Assembly (NCBI GenBank): GCA_002269645.1
Contig: NIVC01004824.1
Coordinates: forward strand, 1 to 34,183
Source of the DNA: Macrostomum lignano
Taxonomy: Eukaryota
Length of the DNA: 34,183 nucleotides
Direction of reading: 5' to 3'
Below, in pieces: positions 10,526 through 21,270 of the stretch. Each line of letters starts with the position of its first letter. The first letter of the stretch is position 1. The position numbers and the translations under genes were made by a program. The notes beneath the pieces were generated by a model. It worked only from the letters and a program-made list of their open reading frames with translations, did not search any database and had not been told where the DNA came from.

Positions 10526-13500
10526 ATGTCGACAACAATGAATAGTCGAACTGTTGTCGATAAGACTACGGAGTCTTACTATATTAGTTATCGGCGCAAT
10601 CTGCTAGCTGTTGGAGTGATGTGGGCCATCTTTGTGGTCTGTTTAGCCATTATCAATGTTGTGGTGGTGGCTCAGCCGCAGTGGATCGGCGACACGAGTT
10701 CGAGTCCCGGCGTTGGCTTCTTCGGCCTGATCCGCTACTGCCAGCTGTACCAGACTGGCACCAATCTGGTTTGCGACGGTCGGCTGGACGATTTTAGCAC
10801 CATTTTAAATGACGCATTTAGGGCGGCAACTGTGATGTCCGGTCTGGCTGCCCTGCTGGCTCTGACTACCATTGTGCTCATGATTCTGTTCTTCTTTGTC
10901 CGGACTCCGGAATGGGTGTTTCGGATCTGCGGCACTGTGCTGGCTGTTACCTGTGAGTTGGCTGGGTGAGGGTGAGAGTAGTGTAGGAAGAGGGTGAGAT
11001 TGGTGTAGGAAGAGGGTGAGATTGGTGTAGGAAGAGGGTGAGATTGGTGTAGGAAGAGGGTGAGATTGGTGTAGGAAGAGGGTGAGATTGGTGTAGGAAG
11101 AGAGTGAGATTGGTGTAGGAAAAGGGTGAGATTGATGTAAGAAAACAGTGAGATTGATATAAGAAAAGGGTGCGATTGGTGTAGAATAGGGTGAGATTGG
11201 TGTAGGAAGAGAGTGAGATTGGTGTAGAATAGGGTGAGATTGGTGTAGGAAGAGGGTGAGATTGGTGTAGGAAGAGAGTGAGTAGTGTAGGAAGAGGGTG
11301 AGATTGGTGTAGGAAGAGAGTGAGAGTAGTGTAGGAAGAGGGCGGGATTGGTGTAGGAAGAGAGTGAGAGTAGTGTAGGAAGAGGGTGAGATTGGTGTAG
11401 GAAGAGGGTGAGATTGGTGTAGGAAGAGGGTGAGATTGGTGTAGGAAGAGGGTGAGATTGGTGTAGGAAGAGGGTGAGATTGGTGTAGGAAGAGGGTGAG
11501 ATTGGTGTAGGAAGAGGGTGAGATTGGTGTAGGAAGAGGGTGAGATTGGTGTAGGAAGAGGGTGAGATTGGTGTAGGAAGAGAGTGAGAGTAGTGTAGGA
11601 AGAGGGTGAGATTGGTGTAGGAAGAGAGTGAGATTGGTGTAGGAAGAGGGTGAGATTGGTGTAGGAAGAGGGTGAGATTGGTGTAGGAAGAGGGTGAGAT
11701 TGGTGTAGGAAGAGAGTGAGATTGGTGTAGGAAGAGAGTGAGATTGGTGTAGGAAAAGGGTGAGATTGGTGTAGGAAGAGAGTGAGATTGGTGTAGGAAA
11801 AGGGTGAGATTGATGTAAGAAAAGGGTGCGATTGGTGTAGAATAGGGTGAGATTGGTGTAGGAAGAGAGTGAGATTGGTGTAGAATAGGGTGAGATTGGT
11901 GTAGGAAGAGGGTGAGATTGGTGTAGGAAGAGAGTGAGAGTAGTGTAGGAAGAGGGCGGGATTGGTGTAGGAAGAGAGTGAGAGTAGTGTAGGAAGAGGG
12001 TGAGATTGGTGTAGGAATAGAGTGAGATTGGTGTAAGAAAAGCAGTGAGATTGATATAAGAAGAGGGTGAGATTGATATTAGAAGAGGGTGAGATTGATA
12101 TAAGAAGAGGGTGAGATTAATATAAGAAGAGGGTGAGATTAACATAAGAAGAGGGTGAGATTAACATAAGAAGAGGGTGAGATTGATATTAGAAGAGGGT
12201 GAGATTGATATAAGAAGAGGGTGAGATTAATATAAGAAGAGGGTGAGATTGATATTAGAAGAGGGTGAGATTGATATAAGAAGAGGGTGAGATTAATATA
12301 AGAAAAGGGTGAGATTGATATAAGAAGAGGGTGAGATTGATATAAGAAGAGGGTAAGATTGATATAAGAAGAGGATCTGAAACGGATACAATCAGATCTG
12401 AGACAGCAACAGCTAAAACGTGTTAATAATTATCTATGCAAAAACCTTCCCAAAAATCCCTTTACGCAGGCCTGTTCTCCCTACTCGGCTGCGTCATTTA
12501 TCCCAGCGGCTGGGATCACGCCAAAGTTCGCTCCGTGTGCGGCTCCAACGCCGACAAATTCAATCCAGGCTCCTGTGGCATTCGTTGGGCCTTCATCTTG
12601 GCCATTCTGTCCATATTCGACTCGCTAGTGCTGGCTATTCTGGCATTCGTGCTGGGCTCCCGGTTTGCTAAGCTGCGCCCATTGGCCACCGGCACTCCCA
12701 GCGCCGGCCCGATGAATGGCGACAAGCACAGCAGGCCGCAGTGTGAGTGCCGCTATTGAGTAAAGTTACTAATTAGGTGGCGAGGCCGGGTGTAGTTACT
12801 CATGCTGTTTACCCTTTATGCTAATAAGATGACGAAGCGTTTACAGCTTCATATGCAGTGATAGTTACTCACGTTGTTTACCCAATAAAATCACGATTGA
12901 ATATTTACTAATTTTTAACAACAAGCATTACTTTAATGCATCAGACAATTACTTAAGAGAAAATTTAAAGATTCTAGGTAGGGGGATATGGAATCTCCGA
13001 GTTGAGTGAGACACCGATTCTAGGTAGGGTGAGAATGAGACATGTAGATTCAGGTTAGCGTGAAATTGAGATTCAGGGCAGGGTCAGGGTGAGATATGGA
13101 GATGCAGGGTAGGGTGAGATATGGAGATGCAGGGTAGGGTGAGATATGGAGATGCAGGGTAGGGTGAGATATGGAGATGCAGGGTAGGGTGAGATATGGA
13201 GATTCAGGGTAGGGTGAGATGGATATTCAGGGTAGGGTAAGAGATGAAGATTCAGGGTAAGCTGAGATATGGATATCTAGGGTAGGGTGAGATATGGATA
13301 TCTAGGGTAGGGTGAGATATGGATGTCTAGGGTAGGGTGAGATATGGATATCTAGGGTAGGGTGAGATACGCAGATGCAGGTTAGGGTGAGATATGGATG
13401 TCTAGGGTAGGGTGAGATATGGATATCTAGGGTAGGGTGAGATACGCAGATGCAGGTTAGGGTGAGATTGAGATTCAAGTTAAAGCAAACTGTATGATAA

Positions 13501-13964
13501 CATAAACTTATTAAAACATTGCCAATCTACAATCTTCAATACGGCTCTGTCCTACCTAAACTCGTACATTTTAGCTCGACTGGCAAAGTTCTTTCACGTC
13601 TCCGGCAATTATAAATTTAAACGATATGTTTAAAATCTTTTTGTAAATATTCATGTATGCATAACATTATTTTGTTATAATTCATACTTGGAATATTTTC
13701 CTCTTGTGGGTGTTATAGATTTTGTTTAAATTTTCTTTCTCGAATAACACGTGGTAGCGTTATTAATTAATATTTCTATAAATGACATTGTGTACTTTTC
13801 TTTCAGCCGAAGTGAACTCCGCCTACGCGGACGATCTGTACCACAACCCGGCAACCACGCCGCGGGTGGCCACTCTGGGGCCCGCCAATTTTGGCGACGA
13901 TTTCACCGACATCAGCTTCAACACTGCGGCCAAGTCTACTAGAAGCAAAAACTTCCAACTCTAA
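10526..13964 (+). CDS. LHFPL: LHFPL/TMHS-family tetraspan membrane protein (LHFPL3/4/5-like), 285 aa; exons join(10526..10952,12470..12742,13807..13964)
   Basis: Recognisable family motifs: YRRN..AVGVMWAIF, QPQWIGD..SPGVGFFGL..YC, GCVIYPSGWD..VRSVCG..C.IRWAFILAI..D.L.LA.LAFVLG. Both introns are phase-1 GT-AG and the join is 858 nt, ending TAA at 13964. Confidence 0.93.
10965..12375. repeat. Intronic 22-bp minisatellite GAGGGTGAGATTGGTGTAGGAA
   Basis: 22-bp period; fills most of LHFPL intron 1. Confidence 0.95.
13070..13470. repeat. Intronic 25-bp minisatellite CAGGGTAGGGTGAGATATGGAGATG
   Basis: 25-bp period (13091 to 13116); lies in LHFPL intron 2. Confidence 0.92.
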
Positions 13965-14024
13965 AATGAGTTGGAATTGCTTGATTCTAAATTCGCGGGT
14001 TTTTTGTTTTTAACTTTTCTTTTT

Positions 14025-14030
14025 AATAAA
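14025..14030 (+). terminator. Candidate polyadenylation signal AATAAA for the LHFPL gene
   Basis: 60 nt after the stop codon, in T-rich context. Confidence 0.45.
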
Positions 14031-14497
14031 ATGTGGTTTCTTGGAAATTCAAAAATTATTTTAGCGCGAATATTTCAGATATTAAAATAACAAAAAATAG
14101 AAGCAAACATAGAAACAATGACTAATTTCTATGTAAATTCGAGTGATCGAGTGTCTAACTATTATAAGTCGAAATCAATTCTAAGAGAAAGTACTATATT
14201 TGTTATTTTAATTTCAAATTTGAATTGCCGCCAATTTTCTGTTCAGTTGAATTTATTTTTAAAATTTAAACCATCGTAAATAATTTGTATTGTTATATAA
14301 TGTTTACGTAAAGTAATTTTTGAAAATCGAAAATAAAAAATTTACGCAGTGTTTGCGTTTTTTACATTTTTATCTTTTTAAATGTGCCTACTTCGAATCT
14401 CAACGTTAATTACGGACTTATAAAGCTGTGTTTTTTCACATTTCTCTTTATATTATTTGACCATTATTGAGTATTTTGATCTTCCATTGTTATATCT

Positions 14498-14511
14498 GTT
14501 GCCATAGTAAC
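14498..14511. promoter_or_regulatory. X-box (RFX site) GTTGCCATAGTAAC
   Basis: Full match to the X-box consensus GTYNCY-AT-RGNAAC. Confidence 0.6.
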
Positions 14512-14907
14512 CGTCTTCCTGTTAAGAATTCCGTCGCTAACGTTTGCTTTTTGTTTCGTGATCAATTTTTGAATTATTAAAAATTAATTAATATCGTTTT
14601 TTTCTTAATTTCAAACCAATAAGTACGTTTAAACTACTGGCTGAATCTGTGTTAGTAGTGCATGCTGAATATTATTTTGACAATGAATGTTGAATAAATC
14701 GTGGTCTGCTACTGCAGGAATATTTCTATTTACCTGAACTCGTATCTTGGTTCGGCTTATTTGCAGTGTATGCTTAGATACTGCTTCAGATAATAAATTC
14801 ATGGATTAGGCTAAGAATCACGAGATAATTACTAGCAGGCTAGTGCCCCCCCCCTTTCGGAGGGCCAATAATCAAGGGACTAAAATTATTTATGTGAATC
14901 CTATTTG

Positions 14908-15570
14908 CCTTGACATCTCAGCAATTCCCCCAGTAAGCCTTGACATCTCAGCAATTCCCCCAGTAAGCCTTGACATCTCAGCAATTCCCCCAGTAAGCCT
15001 AGACATCTCAGCAATTCCCCCAGTAAGCCCAGACATCTCAGCAATTCCCCCAATAAGCCCAGACATCTCAGCAATGCCCCCAGTAAGCCTAGACATCTCA
15101 GCAATTCCCCCAGTAAGCCTAGAAATCTCAGCAATGCCCCCAGTAAGCCTAGACATCTCAGCAATTCCCCCAGTAAGCCTTGACATCTCAGCAATTCCCC
15201 CAGTAAGCCTTGACATCTCAGCAATTCCCCCAGTAAGCCTTGACATCTCAGCAATTCCCCCAGTAAGCCTTGACATCTCAGCAATGCCCCCAGTAAGCCT
15301 AGACATCTCAGCAATTCCCCCAGTAAGCCTTGACATCTCAGCAATTCCCCCAGTAAGCCTTGACATCTCAGCAATTCCCCCAGTAAGCCTTGACATCTCA
15401 GCAATTCCCCCAGTAAGCCTTGACATCTCAGCAATTCCCCCAGTAAGCCCAGACATCTCAGCAATTCCCCCAGTAAGCCTTGACATCTCAGCAATTCCCC
15501 CAGTTCGCCTTGACATCCCAGCAATCCCCGCCAAAGCCTTGACATCTCAGCAATCCCCGCCAAAGCCTTG
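14908..15570. repeat. 30-bp minisatellite TGACATCTCAGCAATTCCCCCAGTAAGCCT, about 21 copies
   Basis: 30-bp period; explains the LDISAIPPVS repeat ORF. Confidence 0.95.
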
Positions 15571-15876
15571 ACATCTGGCCAAGAATTGGCCAAGGGGGTG
15601 TCATGCAATTCACAGCCATAAGGGCCAACCCCCAAGGCACAGAGACTGTACATGTCTGACGATTAGAAAGTCAAAGGGCTGCTGTACACCCTGTGTGAGC
15701 GCGTGTATGACTGCGTGTCTGCGTACGATGTTTGGTGACGATGTCGCCGAACGCGTTGCGCCAGGCTGCCCCCACAGCCCTCCTGCCATAAATATTTCAC
15801 CACAACGGTTTCATGCCAAATTTTGATCCTTTTTTGCCTCTAACAAAGCCTGCAGAGCACTAAAGTACAGCCGGCC

Positions 15877-16048
15877 ATGGGCAATGCTAACTCAAACGAG
15901 CGAACTACAACACTTAGCCGTGATACGTATTTTTTTATTACCGAGGATGTGCAGGTGAGAGCCGGCTGCCTGCTTACTACTATCGGTAGTATGGTTTGTT
16001 GCAGTTGATAGAGTTCCAGTGATCTAGATAGCTGTCTGAGTCTGTCTG

Positions 16049-16141
<93 letters not shown>

Positions 16142-16476
16142 GCCTGTCTGTCTGCCTGTCTGTCTGTTTGTCTGTCTATCTGTCTGTCTGCCTGTCTGTC
16201 TGCCTGTCTGTCTGTTTGTCTGTCTATCTGTCTGTCTGTCTGTCTGTCTGCCTGTCTGTCTGCCTGTCTGTCTGTCTGTCTGTCTGTCTGCCTTTCTGTC
16301 TGCCTGTCTGTCTGTTTGTCTGTCTATCTGTCTGTCTGCCTGTCTGTCTGTCTGTCTGTCTGTCTATTTGTCTGTCTGTCTGTGTGTCTGTCTGTCTGTC
16401 TGTCTGTCTATCTGTCTGTCTGCCTGTCTATCTGCCTGTCTGTCTATCTGTCTGTCTGTCTGTCTGTCTGTCTGCC

Positions 16477-16520
<44 letters not shown>

Positions 16521-17798
16521 ATTCACAGCCCACCCCACCAACCCAGGACCGGCTTCGCCTAGCCGAGAAGCGCCAGGTGAACCTGAGCAGCGAGGGCGAG
16601 GACTCTGCGCCATCGGCGGGCCGGCCCCAGTCGCACAGCCTGGCCGACAGCGTGGCCGACAGCATCCGACAGACTCAGCAGCTGGACCAGCTGCAGCGAG
16701 ACTACGAGTCCCGCCTGGCCAAACTAGAAGAGCGGTCCCAGGCTCGATTCCAGTCGGCAGCCGGTCAGTTCTCGGCGGCAGTCAATCGGGTGGAATCGAA
16801 ATTCATTGACCGGGAGGCACCGCCGCCCTGCTGCCAGGCCGAGAAGGAGGCGGTGCGCCAGTGCTACGCCGCCAATGTGCGCTACCCGCTGCGCTGCTCC
16901 CAGATGGTCGCCGCGTTTGAGCAGTGCGTCACCGAGCAGCGCAGGGTGAGTCCTGGCTTGGGGTGCACGGAACTTGGCTGGGGGTTTGCAGTGCATGGTT
17001 CATGCCTCTGAGGCCTGCTGGCGCCTATCTGTAGCTGGCGCCCCCCTCTGTAGCTGGCGCCTTCCTCTGTAGCTGGCGCCCCCCTCTGTAGCTGGCGCCT
17101 TCCTCTGTAGCTGGCGCCTCCCTCTGTAGCTGGCGCCTCCCTCTGTAGCTGGCGCCTCCCTCTGTAGCTGGCGCCTTCCTCTGTAGCTGGCGCCCCCCTC
17201 TGTAGCTGGCGCCTCCCTCTGTAGCTGGCGCCTCTCTCTGTAGCTGGCGCCTCCCTCTGTAGCTGGCGCCCCCCTCTGTAGCTGGCGCCACCCTCTGTAG
17301 CTGGCGCCCCCCTCTGTAGCTGGCGCCACCCTCTGTAGCTGGCGCCCCCCTCTGTAGCTGGCGCCCCCCTCTGTAGCTGGCGCCCCCCTCTGTAGCTGGT
17401 GCCACCCTCTAGCTGGCGCCCCCCTCTGTAGCTGGCGCCCCCCTCTGTAGCTGGCGCCTCCCTCTGTAGCTGGCGCCTCCCTCTGTAGCTGGCACTATCT
17501 TCATCCAGATTCTCCCATCATCAGCAATACCTTCATCATCCAGTATCTCGCTTTATCTTCTGAATCCCCATCAACCAGAACCGCCCTTCATCCACAGAAT
17601 CCACATCATCCAGAATCGGCATTCATTTACAGAATCCACATCATCCAGAATCTTCCTTCTTACAAAGAATCTTCATCATCCAGAATCACCCATAAATTGA
17701 TTTGAGTAGATAATTTATACGTTCCGTTTTTACAATTGCAGGCATTCGTAATTCGCCAACGCAAATCGGAAACAGCCAAGGAGGCTGGCTACATGTGA
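15877..17798 (+). CDS. CHCHD3: MICOS complex subunit MIC19/MIC25 (CHCHD3/CHCHD6-like), 177 aa; exons join(15877..15954,16547..16945,17742..17798)
   Basis: N-myristoylation-type start MGNANS, ITEDVQ|DRLR segment, coiled coil (QLQRDYESRLAKLEERSQ), and a C-terminal twin CX9C motif (CQAEKEAVRQC-X10-CSQMVAAFEQC). Both introns are phase-0 GT-AG. An in-frame alternative acceptor exists at 16528. Confidence 0.88.
16030..16520. repeat. (TCTG)n microsatellite in MIC19 intron 1
   Basis: Direct inspection. Confidence 0.97.
17025..17495. repeat. 19-bp minisatellite CTCTGTAGCTGGCGCCCCC in MIC19 intron 2
   Basis: 19-bp period (17051 to 17070). Confidence 0.95.
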
Positions 17799-18155
17799 TG
17801 CCGAGTCCGCGGCTGCCCACTGGATGAAATTTATTACCTAAATTTTTGCGTCATCAATGCTGGGGGGAGTCTAGTTTCTTTTTTTAGTTTGTGCTCTATT
17901 CTGAAATAATACTATACGACCGTAAGTAGACCTAATTATACACATTATCATTCGTGTATGCTAGGTAATTATAAAAATTTATATTAGTTTGTTTATTAAT
18001 TTTGATGACTAAAATAGTAGATACTATAGTGAAACGGCTCATGCACTTTAGAATAGAAATACAAAAGTACTTTTTGGACTCATTTTGCCTATTTGCTTTT
18101 TCCAGGCGTCCTAAAGTTAATAATATCGATATAGTTATGCTACCTGGTATATTGT

Positions 18156-18161
18156 AATAAA
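18156..18161 (+). terminator. Candidate polyadenylation signal AATAAA for the MIC19 gene
   Basis: About 360 nt after the stop codon; the motif is common in AT-rich DNA. Confidence 0.35.
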
Positions 18162-18374
18162 TACACTCTCGTGTGCGGGAATTCGTTTTTTAACATTGTT
18201 GAAGAATGCCGATCACTGCTCAGTGGAGTGTGCTCAACCAAAGCTTTTTTTATTTCCAGCCGGTCTTTTGGTTTCATTTTGTTGACCTTTTACGTACGTT
18301 AGACAAGGCTAGTTACTGGTTTATTTATAAATATCGTTAGTACGTCTGTTGGTTAGTTAAGTAGTTAGTTAATT

Positions 18375-18730
18375 AGTCAGTCAGTCAGTCAGTCAGTCAG
18401 TCAGTCAGTCAGTCAGTCAGTCAGACAGTCAGGCCGTCAGTCAGTCATGCAGTCAGACAGTCAGTCAGTCAGTCAGTCAGTCAGACAGTCAGGCAGTCAG
18501 TCAGGCAGACAGTCAGGCAGACAGTCAGGCAGTCAGTCAGTCAGACAGTCAGGCAGTCAGTCAGGCAGACAGTCAGGCAGTCAGTCAGTCAGTCAGGCAA
18601 TCAGTCACCCACCCAGTCAGGCAGTCAGACAGTCAGACAGTCAGACAGGCAGTCAGACAGTCAGTCAGACAGTCAGGCAGACAGTCAGTCAGGCAGTCAG
18701 GCAGTCAGAGTCAGTCAGACAGTCAGTCAG
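18375..18730. repeat. (CAGT/CAGA/CAGG)n microsatellite
   Basis: Direct inspection. Confidence 0.95.
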
Positions 18731-19404
18731 GGTGTACACAGGTGCCCTGACTCTCTCATCGTCAGGCATGAGTGAGAGTCGCACATGGCAATCCCAGTTA
18801 CGGGCAATATTTCCCAAGATGTAAAGAAGCAGAATCGAGCCTGGTTGCATGGTGTATAATTAATATCTGAAATCATCTATATAATAAGTCTTAAAGTATG
18901 CTTAAATATCTACTGAAACTTCACGAGCTCATCACACTTGAGACTGGGCTGGCACACTAAGCAGATAATACAGTTGCTAAACTCAAGTAGTCTCTGTCTC
19001 CAGTGTATGCTAAGGTGTGCATCTCTGCGCATGGCATCGTAAAATTGCGCCCCCCCAGCTCCCAACTGCAGGCTGTCACGGCATCACCGCGTGGGTGTCC
19101 CACGCTGCACCGCTACCTCAGCTTAACCTGTTAGCTTAATTGTGTGCTCAAGTGGTACACGCTGCATATAAAACTGCTCGCACAATAGACTCAATGCTAT
19201 TATAATTTTGCTCACCGGCTCGAGTTTCGAATCCAGTCGCACAATTTTATGTACTTTTATTCGGTTGATTCCTAGCTGCACCGATAAGGTAAGCGATTAA
19301 TTAATTTAATGTGTTTGTTGAAGCTCATTTTGAGTTTAATCTGTTTTTGTGGTATTGTGCGCCATTTCCAAATTGATGGCTTCAACTGGAACACAGACCA
19401 GCGT

Positions 19405-19932
19405 TCTCACTGACTGACTGGAACCCAATCACTCTCCCAATCACTCACCCAGTCACTCTCCTAGTCACCCTGGCACTTACTCAGTCACCCACCCAGTCAA
19501 TCATCCAGTCACTCATCCAATCACTCTCCCAATCACTCACCCGGTCACTCTCCTAGTCACTCACCCAGTAATTCGCCCAGTCACTTAACTAGTCACTCAA
19601 TCAGTCACCCAGTCACTAAACTAGTCACTTACCCAGTCACTCACCCAGTCACTCATCCAGTCACTCACCCGGTCACTCACCCCGGTCACTCGCTCAGTCA
19701 CTCATCCAGTCACTCACCCAGTCAATCATCCAGTTACTCATCCAATCACTCTCCCAATCACTCACCCAGTCACTCTCCTAGCCACTCACCCAGTCATTCG
19801 CCCAGTCACTTAACTAGTCACTCAATCAGTCACCCAGTCACTAAACTAGTCACTTACCCAGTCACTCACCCAGTCACTCACCCAGTCACTCACTCAGTCA
19901 CTCACCCAGTCACTCACCCAGTCACTCACCCC
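19405..19932. repeat. Degenerate 12-bp minisatellite CCCAGTCACTCA
   Basis: Direct inspection. Confidence 0.9.
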
Positions 19933-20221
19933 AGTTTTAATGCACGCAACTTTGCATGAATCAGAATTTTAGCATCTAGATAGTTTGAAAACTATCTGCC
20001 TAACAAACTGAGGCTTTGTACCATACTTTTCATTGAGTTCTGCCCTACTAGCATTTTCATAGCCACAAAAGCGTGATTCTGCTGTACACAGAGCCATGCA
20101 TTCATTGTGCTAGGCTTTAAGTCTGAAGCATTTTTACTTCTTCAAAGCAACTCCCTTTCTCTATTGTGGCTTCATCCTACTCCCATCCACTTCCTTGAAT
20201 TCTTCCTCCTCACCTCGCTCT

Positions 20222-20235
20222 GTCTCCATGGCAAC
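20222..20235. promoter_or_regulatory. X-box (RFX site) GTCTCCATGGCAAC upstream of the Tctex1-domain gene
   Basis: Consensus match upstream of a ciliary dynein light-chain gene, a gene class commonly regulated by RFX. Confidence 0.7.
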
Positions 20236-20664
20236 TAAAAAAGTGGTGTTTGAATAGAATACAGTCATTATACTCGTAATTAGTTGCCTTTCAATGCACT
20301 CGCAGCGGCCTGTAGAGCCCCAAAGCAGATGCAGCCAATGGTGAGAAACTCTGTGCACAATGCGTTCGTTCATTAAGAGGCTCAGGAAGTTGGGAAAGAA
20401 CTGCGTGTGGGTCTGCATAGCCGTGCGGTTGCTAGCTGGGTTTCCTAGCCTCACCTCACCTCATCCAAAACCCCAGCGCTCCCTTTTATTCTCATCCCCA
20501 TCTCTGTCTCTAATTTTCTTGCTCAAACCATAACTGAGCGAGTCAGTCAAATAAACTGTGAAATTCTCAAAAACAGTGTTTATGTAAACTCTGAAGCTTC
20601 CAGTGTCTCGGTAAGTTTGTGCATTTAATGCACATATTTGGGGGGTGTCATGCGATTCACCGCC

Positions 20665-21095
20665 GTGCTGGCGCCCCTTGGTGCTGGCGCCCCTTGGTGC
20701 TGGCGCCCCTTGATGCTGGCGCCCTTTGATGCTGGCGCACCTTGGTGCTGGCGCCCCTTGATGCTGGCGCACCTTGGTGCTGGCGCCCCTTGGTGCTGGC
20801 GCCCCTTGGTGCTGGCGCCCCTTGGTGCTGGCGCCCCTTGATGCTGGCGCCCTTTGATGCTGGCGCACCTTGGTGCTGGCGCCCCTTGATGCTGGCGCAC
20901 CTTGGTGCTGGCGCCCCTTGGTGCTGGTGCCCCTTGGTGCTGGCGCCCCTTGATGCTGGCGCCCCTTGGTGCTGGCGCCCCTTGGTGCTGGCGCCCTTTG
21001 ATGCTGGCGCCCCTTGATGCTGGCGCACCTTGGTGTTGGCGCCCTTTGATGCTAGCGCCCCTTGATGCTGGCGGCTGGCGCACCTTGGTGCTAGC
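20665..21095. repeat. 16-bp minisatellite TGGTGCTGGCGCCCCT
   Basis: 16-bp period (20683 to 20699). Confidence 0.95.
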
Positions 21096-21270
21096 ACCCC
21101 TACAAAGAACAAAGCATCTCTCAGCAGGGGGGGGGGTATGCCACCCTGACCCTTTCTTTCACTTGTATCGACGCCCAAATGACTTCTTGACATTGTCCAT
21201 TCTCAATCAAGAACCAACTGTAAGCCGCAGTCACAGACAGAACCACCTACTAAACTGCTCAACACAGGAA

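Noticed and set aside
14843-15653. LDISAIPPVS, GGIAEMSRLT and LLRCQG repeat ORFs
   Set aside because: A 30-bp unit open in several frames on both strands, with no coding asymmetry, splice sites or homology.
18935-19154. Inverted CACTTGAG/CTCAAGTG pair as possible MITE ends
   Set aside because: Only 8 bp, not extendable, and no TSD.
19225-19245. B-box-like GTTTCGAATCC suggesting a tRNA
   Set aside because: No A-box and no cloverleaf can be formed.
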